A stretch of DNA of 64,000 nt from Mogibacterium sp. (GCA_017403955.1 JAFRDH010000025.1:71294-135293); one strand, 5' to 3'; positions 1 to 9,019 are shown, numbered from the stretch's first letter. Made by a program: numbers and translations. The notes: generated from the letters alone by a model not told the origin.

Positions 1-990
1 GACACTTACAAGGCTCAGAGAAGAGGCGGCAAGGGAATCGTCGGACTTACGACACGCGAATCTGATTTTGTCAAAGATCTAATCATAACGAGCACCCATG
101 ACTATCTGATGTTCTTCACAGACATGGGCCGCGTATACAAGATCAAAGCGTACGAGATCCCTGAGGCATCAAGAACTGCCAAGGGCACACCGGTCATCAA
201 CTTCCTCAATCTCAACAGCGGAGAGAGAGTCACAGCAGTCATTCCGATCAAGGAATTCCCTGCTAATGAATGTCTCGTAATGGTGACCAGGAAGGGTACT
301 ATCAAGAAGACGCCTCTGTCCGAATTCGATACTAACCGTAAGACCGGCCTTATTGCTATCACGCTCAGAGAAGACGACAAGCTGATTGCAGTAGCTCAGG
401 CAAGCGGCAAAGAAAATGTTCTTGTTGTCACAAAACAGGGCAAGGCTATCGCATTCTCCGAGACAGATGTCAGACCGATGGGCAGAAATGCCGGCGGAGT
501 CAGAGCGATCCTCCTCGATGAAGGCGATGAAGTCGTTTCGATGGAACTCGATATCGACCAGTCAAGGAAGATGCTCGTCATCACAGAAAATGGTTTCGGC
601 AAGAGAACGCCTCTTGATGAATACAGACTCCAGTCACGCGGCGGCAAGGGTGTTGCTACATATGACAAGACCAAGTTCGATAAGACCGGTCTGCTGGTTG
701 GCGCAACTCTTGTAAGCGATGAGGATGAAGTCATGGTCATCAACTCTGACGGAGTCATCATCAGGATCCGCGCGAATGAAGTCAGCACTTCAGGAAGAAG
801 CACTCAGGGAGTCAAGATCATGAGAGTGGATAACGATAACCGCATCGTGACCTTCGCTAAAGTCGTTGACGAAGACAGCTCCGGAAAACCGGGAGTGTCT
901 GCAGACGATGATGCTGAACCGGAAGAAGAAGCAATAGAAACTGAAGCTGAAGCAATCGATGCTGAGGCTGACACGACTGACGCTGAATAA
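1..990 (+). CDS. gyrA: DNA gyrase subunit A, C-terminal part (5'-truncated by window edge)
   Basis: Frame 1 is open from base 1; the ORF track lists it only from the internal Met at 109. The translation DTYKAQRRGGKGIVGLTTRESDF..THDYLMFFTDMGRVYKIKAYEIPEASRTAKGTPVINFLNL contains the GyrA-box (QRRGGKG) and beta-pinwheel repeats. It has an acidic tail and a stop at 988-990. Confidence 0.9.
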   Translation, partial: DTYKAQRRGGKGIVGLTTRESDFVKDLIITSTHDYLMFFTDMGRVYKIKAYEIPEASRTAKGTPVINFLNLNSGERVTAVIPIKEFPANECLVMVTRKGTIKKTPLSEFDTNRKTGLIAITLREDDKLIAVAQASGKENVLVVTKQGKAIAFSETDVRPMGRNAGGVRAILLDEGDEVVSMELDIDQSRKMLVITENGFGKRTPLDEYRLQSRGGKGVATYDKTKFDKTGLLVGATLVSDEDEVMVINSDGVIIRIRANEVSTSGRSTQGVKIMRVDNDNRIVTFAKVVDEDSSGKPGVSADDDAEPEEEAIETEAEAIDAEADTTDAE

Positions 991-1003
991 AAATCAACTA
1001 CTG

Positions 1004-1049
1004 AAAAGTCCTGTATACATTGCGCATGCAATGGATATACAGGACTTTT
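1004..1049 (+). terminator. Rho-independent terminator after gyrA
   Basis: AAAAGTCCTGTATA ... TATACAGGACTTTT gives a 14-bp perfect stem, with further imperfect pairing inside the loop (CATTGC/GCAATG). It ends in a T-run. Confidence 0.7.
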
Positions 1050-1190
1050 GAGGTATTTGGGTATTGTTAGAGGTTTTATTATGAAGAAAAAATTAGTTTG
1101 TTGTCTTGCTATCTGACAGTGCTATGATAATAAGCGAACTTAAAACGAGCCTTAAATGCAATTTATTTTTTAGAAATTCAGGAGAAAGAT

Positions 1191-1553
1191 ATGAGCAGCG
1201 AATTTAACGGCGAATATGGGAATCATCTCGGTGATTGGGAGGCCATGGACCAGGTAGAACGCATCAAAGCAATGGAAAAGATTCTCGATGCATCGAGACT
1301 TGCGGTTGACGATCTTGCTGAGGCAGTCCTGGCATACGAAGCGATCCAGAAAGCATACTTTGACCTCGTGAATTACTATAGCAGCACGACCTGGATGGCT
1401 GACTTCGAAGACGATGAGCAGGGCAAGCTGCCTGAGGATCTCAAAAGAGGGGTCCTCACTGAAGATGCAGTCTACGATCTGATCACCGACCACAAATATC
1501 TATTGAACCGCATGCAGCAACTGATCCTCAACTCAATGCAAAACGACCTCTAG
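1191..1553 (+). CDS. Small cytoplasmic helical protein (DUF4298-like), function unknown
   Basis: RBS AGGAGAAAG lies 5 nt upstream of the ATG. The protein is 120 aa and acidic, with the motif GVLTEDAVYDLITD that I associate with the DUF4298 family. The overlapping minus ORF 1170..1493 has no RBS. Confidence 0.55.
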   Translation: MSSEFNGEYGNHLGDWEAMDQVERIKAMEKILDASRLAVDDLAEAVLAYEAIQKAYFDLVNYYSSTTWMADFEDDEQGKLPEDLKRGVLTEDAVYDLITDHKYLLNRMQQLILNSMQNDL

Positions 1554-1664
1554 CAGGCGTGTAGTTGCAGATGCGGTGATGCGTGTATGTAAAAATGTTT
1601 ATAAGTGTTGGAATTTGAATGCAAATAGCTATAATCGTAGTTACAGGCAAGGAGGCGCGATTTT

Positions 1665-2189
1665 ATGAGGAAGATTCTAATAGTAATAGATATGCAGAAT
1701 GATTTCATCGATGGCGCGCTCGGTACTAAAGAAGCTGAAGCGATCGTTGAAAATGTCAAATCCAAGATCCGTTCTTATGATCCGCACAATGTGATCGCAA
1801 CCAGAGACACGCATGAGGTCAATTACCTTGAAACGCAGGAAGGCAAGTATCTGCCGGTCCCGCATTGTATCCGCGGCACTGATGGATGGCAGGTCCGTCC
1901 GGATATTGCTGAGCTCCTGACAGATGCGAGAGTATATGACAAGCCTACATTCGGGAGTATCGATCTCGCGAAGGATCTCAGGCAGCTCGCAGACAGGGAA
2001 GAAATTGAGATCGAGCTCGTTGGACTTTGTACCGACATATGCGTTGTTTCGAATGCTCTTCTGCTGAAAGCAACGATGCCTGAAGTGAAGATCTCGGTCG
2101 ATCCTGCATGCTGTGCAGGTGTCACACCTGAGAGCCATGAAGCGGCACTTAAGACGATGCAGATGTGTCAGATACAGCTCGCTGTTTAA
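1665..2189 (+). CDS. pncA: Isochorismatase-family cysteine hydrolase, nicotinamidase/pyrazinamidase-like
   Basis: Motifs seen: ILIVIDMQNDFIDG (catalytic Asp), PVPHCIRGTDGW (metal-site His), DKPTF (Lys) and VGLCTDICVVSNA (nucleophile Cys). RBS AAGGAGG lies upstream. Confidence 0.65.
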   Translation: MRKILIVIDMQNDFIDGALGTKEAEAIVENVKSKIRSYDPHNVIATRDTHEVNYLETQEGKYLPVPHCIRGTDGWQVRPDIAELLTDARVYDKPTFGSIDLAKDLRQLADREEIEIELVGLCTDICVVSNALLLKATMPEVKISVDPACCAGVTPESHEAALKTMQMCQIQLAV

Positions 2190-2205
2190 GATGGAGGGCA
2201 CAGAA

Positions 2206-3363
2206 ATGAAAATCTATAGTTTTGGGAGTCTTGAAAACGGCAGAAAGGCCGGTTTATATATCCTGAAAAATTCAAACGGGATGTCAGCGGAGGTCACGGA
2301 TTATGGCGCTGCGCTGGTAAGATTGATCGTGCCTGATAAAGACGGCACGAAAAGGGACGTTGTTCTCGGTTATGACGATGTTGCCGGTTATGAGAAAGGA
2401 CACGGCTCGCTCGGCGCTACAGTCGGACGTGTTGCCAACAGAATAGGCAATGCATCATTCAGGCTAAACGGCAAAGAATACAAACTGACTGCTAATAACG
2501 GAACGAACTGCCTGCACGGCGGAAGAGATCCATACAACAAGAGGATGTGGGATGCCGCTATCCCATTCGGGAAAATCAGCTCTGGAAGCGTTGCAGCTAA
2601 AGTCAATGCAGTCGAAAGTATGAACGACGGGCTGCCTGCTTACGTGCAAAGTGATCTGAACGGAGACAGTATCAAGTTTTGCCTCGACAGTCCTGACGGA
2701 GATCAGGGATTCCCGGGAAATCTGCACATCGAAGTGACCTATACCCTGACCAACAACAACGAATTGCACATAGAATATAGAGCTGTCAGTGATGCCGATA
2801 CTGCGCTCAATCTGACGAATCACAGCTATTTCAATCTGAACGGACATAACAGCAAGTCGGTTCTTGATCATGTATGCTCGATAAAGGCGGACTGCTTCAC
2901 TCCAAGCGATGAGATCCTGCTTCCTACAGGCGATCTGCAGAGCGTTCTGGAGACACCGATGGATTTCCGCATCGGCAAGGAGTTCTCCAAGGATATGGAT
3001 GTACAATACAATCAGCTCAGATTCGCAGGAGGATACGATCATAACTATGCGATCGACGGCTGGGATGAACCGGCAGGCGAAGGAGAAAAAGGTTTCTGTA
3101 AGTATCGTGAAGCAGCGGTCCTGAAGTCCGAAGAGAGCGGGATCAAAATGACGGTACTGACTGACCTTCCGGGAATGCAGCTTTATACATCAAATGGCCT
3201 GAACAATGAGAAAGGTAAAGGCGGCGTTGTTTACATGAAACAATGCGCTGCGTGCTTCGAGACACAGTTCTGGCCGGATTCGATCAACAAGGAAAACTTC
3301 CCGGGCGGCGTGCTCAAAGCAGGCGAAGAATTCTACTCAAAAACAACATACCGCTTCGAATAG
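2206..3363 (+). CDS. galM: Aldose 1-epimerase (galactose mutarotase)
   Basis: Mutarotase motifs are present: NCLHGG, LTNHSYFNLNG and ETQFWPDSINK. I place the start at ATG 2206, preceded by GGAGGG, rather than at the track start 2113, which lies inside the upstream gene. Confidence 0.85.
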   Translation: MKIYSFGSLENGRKAGLYILKNSNGMSAEVTDYGAALVRLIVPDKDGTKRDVVLGYDDVAGYEKGHGSLGATVGRVANRIGNASFRLNGKEYKLTANNGTNCLHGGRDPYNKRMWDAAIPFGKISSGSVAAKVNAVESMNDGLPAYVQSDLNGDSIKFCLDSPDGDQGFPGNLHIEVTYTLTNNNELHIEYRAVSDADTALNLTNHSYFNLNGHNSKSVLDHVCSIKADCFTPSDEILLPTGDLQSVLETPMDFRIGKEFSKDMDVQYNQLRFAGGYDHNYAIDGWDEPAGEGEKGFCKYREAAVLKSEESGIKMTVLTDLPGMQLYTSNGLNNEKGKGGVVYMKQCAACFETQFWPDSINKENFPGGVLKAGEEFYSKTTYRFE

Positions 3364-3885
3364 GAGACCGGGGACGGTTCTCTGTCTCCTTCACGCGATC
3401 TCCAGAGCAAAAGTTATCGGGAAGCATATGATCCGGGAAATATCATAATAGAGCCTTAAAAGGGTTACTTTTTTAACCCCAAAGGCTCTATTTTGCATTT
3501 CGAGGGGTTATCAGTATTTTGGCAAAGCTAGTCTTTTGTATATTCATTCGCTCCTATAAATAATTAATCATCATAATTAGTCCTGACTGATAGATCAATT
3601 CCGCTTTTGCTTGTTCATATGCATTTCTTTGGCTTCCAGGCATAAAAATGAGTCTCTCAGCACGGCGATAGATAAACGACTGGCTTTTCACATACATGAT
3701 ATGTTCAATGAGCGATAACCCCATTAAAACGAAAAAAGAGAAAAAGGATTATTTATTTGACCCAAAACTGTCTAATTGTAAGGATAAAGGTTATTTATAA
3801 TTATTCACGTCTCAAAACCTTATAGCAAAATTCAACTACAATTGTTTCTCAAAAGTGTGTCAATGAGAACCGTCCCCGGTCTCCT
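3362..3885. repeat. Perfect 21-bp inverted repeats (3362-3382 and 3865-3885) bounding a 482-bp AT-rich segment
   Basis: AGGAGACCGGGGACGGTTCTC at 3362-3382 has its exact reverse complement GAGAACCGTCCCCGGTCTCCT at 3865-3885. The bases just outside both ends mismatch. The left arm overlaps the galM stop codon (3361-3363). Confidence 0.9.
3448..3495 (+). terminator. Rho-independent terminator of galM (inside the IR-bounded segment)
   Basis: ATAGAGCCTT-AAAA-GGGTTA-CTTTTT-TAACCC-CA-AAGGCTCTAT forms a nested hairpin followed by TTTTG. Confidence 0.65.
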
Positions 3886-3944
3886 TGTTTTATTAAAATT
3901 CATTAATACTGGGCCGTATAAGGGAAAAGCTAAACATATGTTAA

Positions 3945-3974
3945 TTGACCTTAAAGCCTTGCAATTGTTAGAAT
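3945..3974 (+). promoter_or_regulatory. Sigma-A-type promoter candidate for the CHAP protein gene
   Basis: TTGACC (3945-3950), an 18-nt spacer, then TAGAAT (3969-3974), about 45 nt upstream of ATG 4020. It lies outside the inverted-repeat segment. Confidence 0.4.
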
Positions 3975-4019
3975 TCCAATGCATAAGGCGAATAATATCC
4001 TGTTATGAGGGGGCCGGTT

Positions 4020-5351
4020 ATGAATATGAGAGATATACGGAAAAAGATTGCAAGCAGCATATTATGTATGGTGCTGGCTTTGGCGATGATAGTGCCGTCA
4101 GCATTTTCTTTTGATGCTTACGGACTGGATGATCAGGCAGGCAGCGCCAGCAAGACGGTCGCTGCTGCTAAGCTCGACACTGCAACAGAGCTTACGATAA
4201 ATGGAAGCAATTTTGCTTTCAGCCAGAGCGTGATAACAAATGAATTCCTCGATTACGACAGATTCACAGATACCCTGAAAGCTTCGGGCAACAGGAAGAG
4301 CATCAAGCTCAAATGGAAGTCTGTAAAAAATAAGAACGGGATCGCGGGATATATTATCGTGAGAAAAGATCTGAACGGAAGCACCTGGCGTCAGATCGCA
4401 AAGGTCAACCGCAACAAGAAGACTTTTACAGATAAGACCGCAAAGACCAAGAACAAAGTATACAGCTACATGCTGGTTCCATACGCAAATGTCGGCACAG
4501 CTGTCAAAATAGCGAAGCCTTCGCAGTGGGCAAGTGCGGCCACGACCAAGAGCAAGAAAAAGAATGTAGAAAAGGTCCGTCTCAAGAGAGCGGCAAAGGG
4601 TTCTGCTGTCAGGGTCGGAGCAAAGACTACAGTCGCGATCAAATTCTGCAAGAAGCCGGTAAGCAAGAGCATCAGATGGTCCAGCTCAAACCCTGCAGTC
4701 GCTAAAGTTTACAAGGGAACGATCACCGGCGTAAGCGAGGGAACCGCTACGATTTATGCGAGAACTCATGCAGGATATGTGCTGAAGTTCAATATTGTAG
4801 TTGTCAAAGGCGGAACAGCCAAGGGAATGCTCGATGTCATGAGGAGTTGGCTCGGCTACAGTTACTATAATCAGAAGAACAGAGGTATCGTAGATATCTA
4901 CAATTCATTTATGCCTCTTCCGGGCGGATATGAAATGCAGTATTATGATGCATGGTGCGACTGCACTATCAGTGCGGCAGCCATTGTTTCCGGTAATGAG
5001 GACAAAATCGGCAGACATTGCAATGTTCCTGCACATGTTAAAATGTTCAAGAAGATGGGTATCTGGATCGAGGGCTGCAAGACAACACCGCAGCCTGGTG
5101 ATATAATCGTATTCAACTGGTACCCAAGCAGCAAGAATAATGCGAGCCACATCGGTATCGTCGAATCTGTCGAAGGCAATCAGGTCACGACACTGGAAGG
5201 CAATATGGGCATCGGCATCCTCAGCAGAAGAACTTTCACAGTCGGATGGAAGTATGTCAGAGGTTATGCAAGACCTAACGACATCCTTGACGGCGGTGAT
5301 GGGCCTGAGGACGAGCAGACACCGGAAGAAACACCGGCTGCAGCGAACTAA
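4020..5351 (+). CDS. Secreted modular cell-wall hydrolase: signal/TM anchor, FN3-like, Big_2 and C-terminal CHAP domain
   Basis: N-terminal hydrophobic segment: ILCMVLALAMIVPSAFSF. FN3-like region: KSIKLKWKSVKNKNGIAGYIIVRK..VYSYMLVPYA. Big_2 region: IRWSSSNPAVAKVYKGTITGVSEGTATIYA. CHAP region: AWCDCTISAAA ... GDIIVFNW..ASHIGIVESVEGNQVTTLEGN. I prefer the start at ATG 4020, 6 nt after GAGGGGG, over the track start 4005. Confidence 0.8.
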   Translation: MNMRDIRKKIASSILCMVLALAMIVPSAFSFDAYGLDDQAGSASKTVAAAKLDTATELTINGSNFAFSQSVITNEFLDYDRFTDTLKASGNRKSIKLKWKSVKNKNGIAGYIIVRKDLNGSTWRQIAKVNRNKKTFTDKTAKTKNKVYSYMLVPYANVGTAVKIAKPSQWASAATTKSKKKNVEKVRLKRAAKGSAVRVGAKTTVAIKFCKKPVSKSIRWSSSNPAVAKVYKGTITGVSEGTATIYARTHAGYVLKFNIVVVKGGTAKGMLDVMRSWLGYSYYNQKNRGIVDIYNSFMPLPGGYEMQYYDAWCDCTISAAAIVSGNEDKIGRHCNVPAHVKMFKKMGIWIEGCKTTPQPGDIIVFNWYPSSKNNASHIGIVESVEGNQVTTLEGNMGIGILSRRTFTVGWKYVRGYARPNDILDGGDGPEDEQTPEETPAAAN

Positions 5352-5390
5352 CAGTTATGACCCGGTAATTATAATAATAGGAAGAACAAT

Positions 5391-5837
5391 ATGAAATTTG
5401 TGATCCAGAGGGTGCGCCACGCATCAGTAACAGTAGATAATGAAGTAATTGGCAAGATAGGCAGAGGCTATATGGTCCTGATCGGTGTTTCGGACGCTGA
5501 TGATGAGGCCATTGCCGACAAAATGGTAGACAAAATGATCAAGCTTCGCATCAACGAAGATGCAGAGGGCAAAACGAATCTGAGTCTGGCGGATGTCGGA
5601 GGAGAACTTCTCCTTATCTCCCAGTTCACTTTGTATGCGAACTGCAAGAAAGGAAACAGGCCGTCCTTCACAGAAGCCGGATCGCCTGAAAAGGCCAATG
5701 CGCTCTATGAGTACATTATCGACAGATGTAAGAGAAGTGTTCCGGTAGTTGAAAAAGGCTCGTTCGGAGCTCACATGGCAGTAGAACTTCTTAACGATGG
5801 GCCGTTCACAATCGTGCTGGATTCAGAGAAAATGTAG
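5391..5837 (+). CDS. dtd: D-aminoacyl-tRNA deacylase
   Basis: 148 aa. Motifs: [34 protein letters not shown] and NDGPFTIVL. Confidence 0.9.
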   Translation: MKFVIQRVRHASVTVDNEVIGKIGRGYMVLIGVSDADDEAIADKMVDKMIKLRINEDAEGKTNLSLADVGGELLLISQFTLYANCKKGNRPSFTEAGSPEKANALYEYIIDRCKRSVPVVEKGSFGAHMAVELLNDGPFTIVLDSEKM

Positions 5838-5929
5838 CGCAAACACTGCACTTTTCTGATAATATAATATTCAGGACTGACTGCAGCCCGGATATATGCA
5901 GTAATTGATCCGGAAGGAAGTGTTTGCTG

Positions 5930-6928
5930 ATGAAGAAATATATTACCAAAACAATCGGAGTAATGATGGCATTGATTCTTGTCATCTCTTCGATTGTTCC
6001 TGTTTTTGCCGAAGGTGAAGAAGGCGGGACAGATCCGGCAGTCTGTGAACATGTTTTTGGCGAATGGACCGTGACCAAGCAGGCAACATATTTTGCGAAC
6101 GGAAGCAAGACAAGGACTTGCGAGCTTTGCGGTACGACAGAAACTGCAGGCATCAGCAAGAAGACCGCCACTAACAAGTGGGTCACCGAGAACGGAAAGA
6201 AATATTATTTCAACAGCAAAGGCAAGCCTGTGAAGGGCTGGAACAAGATCAAGTCGAGCAACAAGAAGAAAGCAGCCGTCAAGTGGTGCTGGTTCGACAA
6301 TTCCGGTGTATTCAAGAAAGCGATCAGCAAGAATACTAAGAAGAAATGGGTGACAGTAGCCAAAAAGAGATTCTACTTCACCTCAAAGAAAAAACCGATC
6401 GGCAAAGGCTTCCATATAATAGGCAACAAACTCTATTATTTTGGCGCTGACAAAGCCATGGTCAAGGGCACGTTCAAGGTCGACGGGCAGACTTACAAGA
6501 CTACGAAAAAGGGCAACATCGTTGGTATGAGTTACTATATCAAGCGATATAAGACATTTGTCCTCATAGATATTTCATCACAGAAGCTCAGCTATTATGT
6601 AAAAGGCAAACGCTATATGAAGGTCGATGTCGTTACCGGGATCCCGGGTGAGCGCGCGACCCCGACAGGAATTTTCAGTGTACAGGGAAAGGCGAGAAAT
6701 GTCGACCTTACCGGACCGACATGGAATGTACCGGTAAGTTATTGGATGCCATTTATCGGCGGAGCTTACGGAATGCACGATGCCGGATGGCGGGCATCAA
6801 GTGAATTCACCAATCACAGGACATATCTTACCAATGGCTCTCACGGATGCGTCAACATGAGATACAAAGACGCTGCCAAGCTTTACAGGAAGATCAAGGT
6901 CGGCACCAAAGTGATCGTGCAGCCTTAG
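5930..6928 (+). CDS. Secreted L,D-transpeptidase (YkuD domain) with choline-binding-type cell-wall-binding repeats
   Basis: A signal peptide is followed by the Cys/His motif CEHVFGEWTV..TRTCELCG. CW_binding_1-like repeats: WVTENGKKYYFNSKGKPVKGW, KRFYFTSKKKPIGKGF and GNKLYYFGADKAMVKG. YkuD domain: IDISSQKLSYYVKGK..TPTGIF..GMHDAGW..SHGCVNM. I place the start at ATG 5930, after GGAAGGAAG; the track start is TTG 5924. Confidence 0.85.
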   Translation: MKKYITKTIGVMMALILVISSIVPVFAEGEEGGTDPAVCEHVFGEWTVTKQATYFANGSKTRTCELCGTTETAGISKKTATNKWVTENGKKYYFNSKGKPVKGWNKIKSSNKKKAAVKWCWFDNSGVFKKAISKNTKKKWVTVAKKRFYFTSKKKPIGKGFHIIGNKLYYFGADKAMVKGTFKVDGQTYKTTKKGNIVGMSYYIKRYKTFVLIDISSQKLSYYVKGKRYMKVDVVTGIPGERATPTGIFSVQGKARNVDLTGPTWNVPVSYWMPFIGGAYGMHDAGWRASSEFTNHRTYLTNGSHGCVNMRYKDAAKLYRKIKVGTKVIVQP

Positions 6929-6958
6929 AAAAGATACAGAAAAAGGAGATATATAATA

Positions 6959-7993
6959 ATGAAAACACTTCTCACGGGAGGAGCAGGATATATTGGCTCG
7001 CATACCGCAGTTGCGATGATCGAGGCAGGCCATGATGTAGTGATAGTAGATAATTATTACAACAGTTCACCGGAGGCTGTTCGCCGCGTTGAACAGATAA
7101 CCGGCAGAGAGATACCGCTTTACGAAGCAGATGCTGCTGACAAAGAGGTAATGAGAGAGATCCTCAAGAAGGAAATGCCTGACTGCATCATCCATTTCGC
7201 GGGACTCAAGGCTGTCGGCGAATCAGTTGCAAAGCCGGTAGAGTATTACAGGAACAATATCGATACGACTCTGACTCTGCTCGAACTTATGAAAGAACTC
7301 AGACTGACGAACTTCGTTTTCTCAAGTTCCGCTACAGTCTATGGGGACGACAACATTCCCCCTTTCACAGAGACGATGCCAAAGGGCGCATGCACTAACC
7401 CTTACGGCTGGACGAAGTGGATGCAGGAGCAGATCCTGAGAGACGCGCAGACGGCAAGCGCTGCTGACGAGGGAACACCGGAGTTATCTGTGGTCCTCCT
7501 GAGATATTTCAATCCGGTCGGAGCACACGAAAGCGGTCTTATCGGAGAAGACCCGCAAGGTATCCCTAACAACCTGATGCCGTATATCTCACAGGTCGCA
7601 GTCGGAAGAAGAGATCATCTGACAGTTTTCGGCGATGACTATGACACACCTGACGGGACCTGCAGAAGAGACTACATCCATGTAATGGATCTTGCGGAAG
7701 GACATGTCAAGGCTGCAGAATATGCTGCCGGCAATAAGGGCACCGAAGTGTTCAACCTCGGAACAGGCGAACCATACAGCGTACTTGAGATGGTAGAAGC
7801 ATTCGGAAAAGCATGCGGACATCCTGTAAAGTATGAGATCGGTCCGAGAAGAGCCGGCGACGTACAGGATTCCTGGGCGAATGCCGATAAGGCGAAGGAG
7901 ATCCTGGGCTGGGAGGCAAAGCGCGGACTGGATGAGATCTGCAGAGATGCGTGGAACTGGCAGAGCAAGAATCCTAATGGATTCAATGCATAA
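6959..7993 (+). CDS. galE: UDP-glucose 4-epimerase
   Basis: LLTGGAGYIGSH Rossmann motif, PYGWTKWMQE (YxxxK) and a length of 344 aa, giving full-length GalE-like colinearity. Confidence 0.9.
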   Translation: MKTLLTGGAGYIGSHTAVAMIEAGHDVVIVDNYYNSSPEAVRRVEQITGREIPLYEADAADKEVMREILKKEMPDCIIHFAGLKAVGESVAKPVEYYRNNIDTTLTLLELMKELRLTNFVFSSSATVYGDDNIPPFTETMPKGACTNPYGWTKWMQEQILRDAQTASAADEGTPELSVVLLRYFNPVGAHESGLIGEDPQGIPNNLMPYISQVAVGRRDHLTVFGDDYDTPDGTCRRDYIHVMDLAEGHVKAAEYAAGNKGTEVFNLGTGEPYSVLEMVEAFGKACGHPVKYEIGPRRAGDVQDSWANADKAKEILGWEAKRGLDEICRDAWNWQSKNPNGFNA

Positions 7994-8036
7994 CGAGCAT
8001 AATCTATAACAATATTGCGAATTATATAAAAATATT

Positions 8037-8065
8037 AAAAAAAGCGGCCTTCCGGCCGCATTTTT
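8037..8065. terminator. Bidirectional rho-independent terminator between convergent galE and plsC
   Basis: AAAAAAA-GCGGCC-TTCC-GGCCGC-ATTTTT: a GC stem with an A-run on one side and a T-run on the other. Confidence 0.75.
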
Positions 8066-8074
8066 AGCGTTAAA

Positions 8075-8815
8075 TCAGTTGTCCAAAGCATCTCTTATTG
8101 TCTTCTCAATATCGATAGCTGCCTGTTTCTGTTCCTGCTTGTTCATCTGCTCGATGTGCACCATCGGGTGTACTGTGATCTTGATATGACAAGGCTGGTA
8201 CGAACCCTTCTCCTCGAACAGCTTATATCCGCCGTCGAGTGTGACCGGAAGAATAGGAACTTTGGCCTTCTCAGCGAACTTGAAAGCAGCAGGTTTGAAC
8301 TCTCCCATCTCATGGCGCTTCGAACGTGTACCTTCAGGATAGATAACCAGGTTGAACCCGAGATCGAGGACTTCCTTAGCCTCGTTCAGAGCCCTGATCG
8401 CCTCACGCGGATTGTCGCGTACAAGGAAAATCGAGCGGGTGTATGTTATGGCATTATTCAGGACCTTGTACTTACGCCACTCTTCTTTGGCAACGTAGCC
8501 GATCTGGCAATGATCCTTGAACAGCCAGAGGAAAGCAGGGATATCTGCAAAGCTCTGATGATTCGAGTAGACCATGAACGGACTCTTATCCGGAATGTTC
8601 TCCTCACCGATTACTTCGAATGTGATGTTGAGCTTTTTGGATACTGCCTCGATCCACTGCTTTTGACCTTTATTGATAAGAGCCTTCTCCTCTTCGATCT
8701 TGCCCTCTTCGCGGAGCTTCTTGAGAGTAGGGATAAGGCTGTTGAATTTGAGAGTTTCTATATAACCCTGAATGAACTTGGGTGCTGTCTTAAAGATATT
8801 CATAATGAACCTCAT
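8075..8815 (-). CDS. plsC: 1-acyl-sn-glycerol-3-phosphate acyltransferase family
   Basis: HX4D motif NHQSFADIP and the motif YPEGTRS; 246 aa. Confidence 0.8.
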   Translation of the reverse strand: MRFIMNIFKTAPKFIQGYIETLKFNSLIPTLKKLREEGKIEEEKALINKGQKQWIEAVSKKLNITFEVIGEENIPDKSPFMVYSNHQSFADIPAFLWLFKDHCQIGYVAKEEWRKYKVLNNAITYTRSIFLVRDNPREAIRALNEAKEVLDLGFNLVIYPEGTRSKRHEMGEFKPAAFKFAEKAKVPILPVTLDGGYKLFEEKGSYQPCHIKITVHPMVHIEQMNKQEQKQAAIDIEKTIRDALDN

Positions 8816-8923
8816 TAATGCGATTTTATATTATCTGAATTGAAATATTATCCAGTTAATTATACTTACAAGCCACTCAAAATGCATCAACTATTAAATT
8901 TTCTTAAAAACTCATGAAGATGT

Positions 8924-8951
8924 TTGACGGAGGTCCTGCCCTTGATAAAAT
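8924..8951 (+). promoter_or_regulatory. Sigma-A-type promoter candidate for the S8 protease gene
   Basis: TTGACG (8924-8929), a 16-nt spacer, then TAAAAT (8946-8951). It is followed by a ~65-nt leader containing an imperfect hairpin (ACTCTG..CCTGCAT/ATGC.AGG.CAGAGT). Confidence 0.4.
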
Positions 8952-9019
8952 TGTATTCGTAGTAACTCTGTTTCCTGCATGCGAATGCGAGGCAGAGTCA
9001 GAAGTGAGGTAGGGTAATT

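Noticed and set aside
1081-1113. A 10-codon mini-ORF (MKKKLVCCLAI) in the gyrA-downstream spacer, considered as a possible leader peptide.
   Set aside because: It is too short, has no RBS, and I can see no associated attenuator structure.
2113-2205. N-terminal extensions suggested by the ORF track for galM (2113), the Wzz-like gene (29046), the aminotransferase (30031), the SH3b hydrolase (39197), the CHAP protein (4005) and the L,D-transpeptidase (5924).
   Set aside because: The extensions overlap the preceding gene or lack an RBS. In each case an internal ATG with a good Shine-Dalgarno sequence begins the conserved or signal-peptide sequence.
3554-3724. A 56-aa minus-strand ORF (MGLSLIEHIMYVKSQSFIYRRAERLIFMPGSQRNAYEQAKAELIYQSGLIMMINYL) and an overlapping 34-aa plus-strand ORF (3696-3800), both inside the inverted-repeat-bounded segment.
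   Set aside because: Neither has a convincing RBS or a recognisable family, and they overlap each other in AT-rich DNA. They are kept only as a note within the inverted-repeat finding.
3362-3885. Interpreting the IR-bounded segment as a MITE or IS remnant.
   Set aside because: This is not adopted as the primary call. There is no target-site duplication next to the arms, no transposase remnant, and no second copy of the 21-mer noticed in this window. It cannot be excluded without a whole-genome search.
3842-4114. A 90-aa ORF (TTG start) spanning the right inverted repeat and the start of the CHAP protein gene.
   Set aside because: It is out of frame with, and overlaps, the well-supported 4020 gene. 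It has no RBS and its sequence looks non-protein-like.
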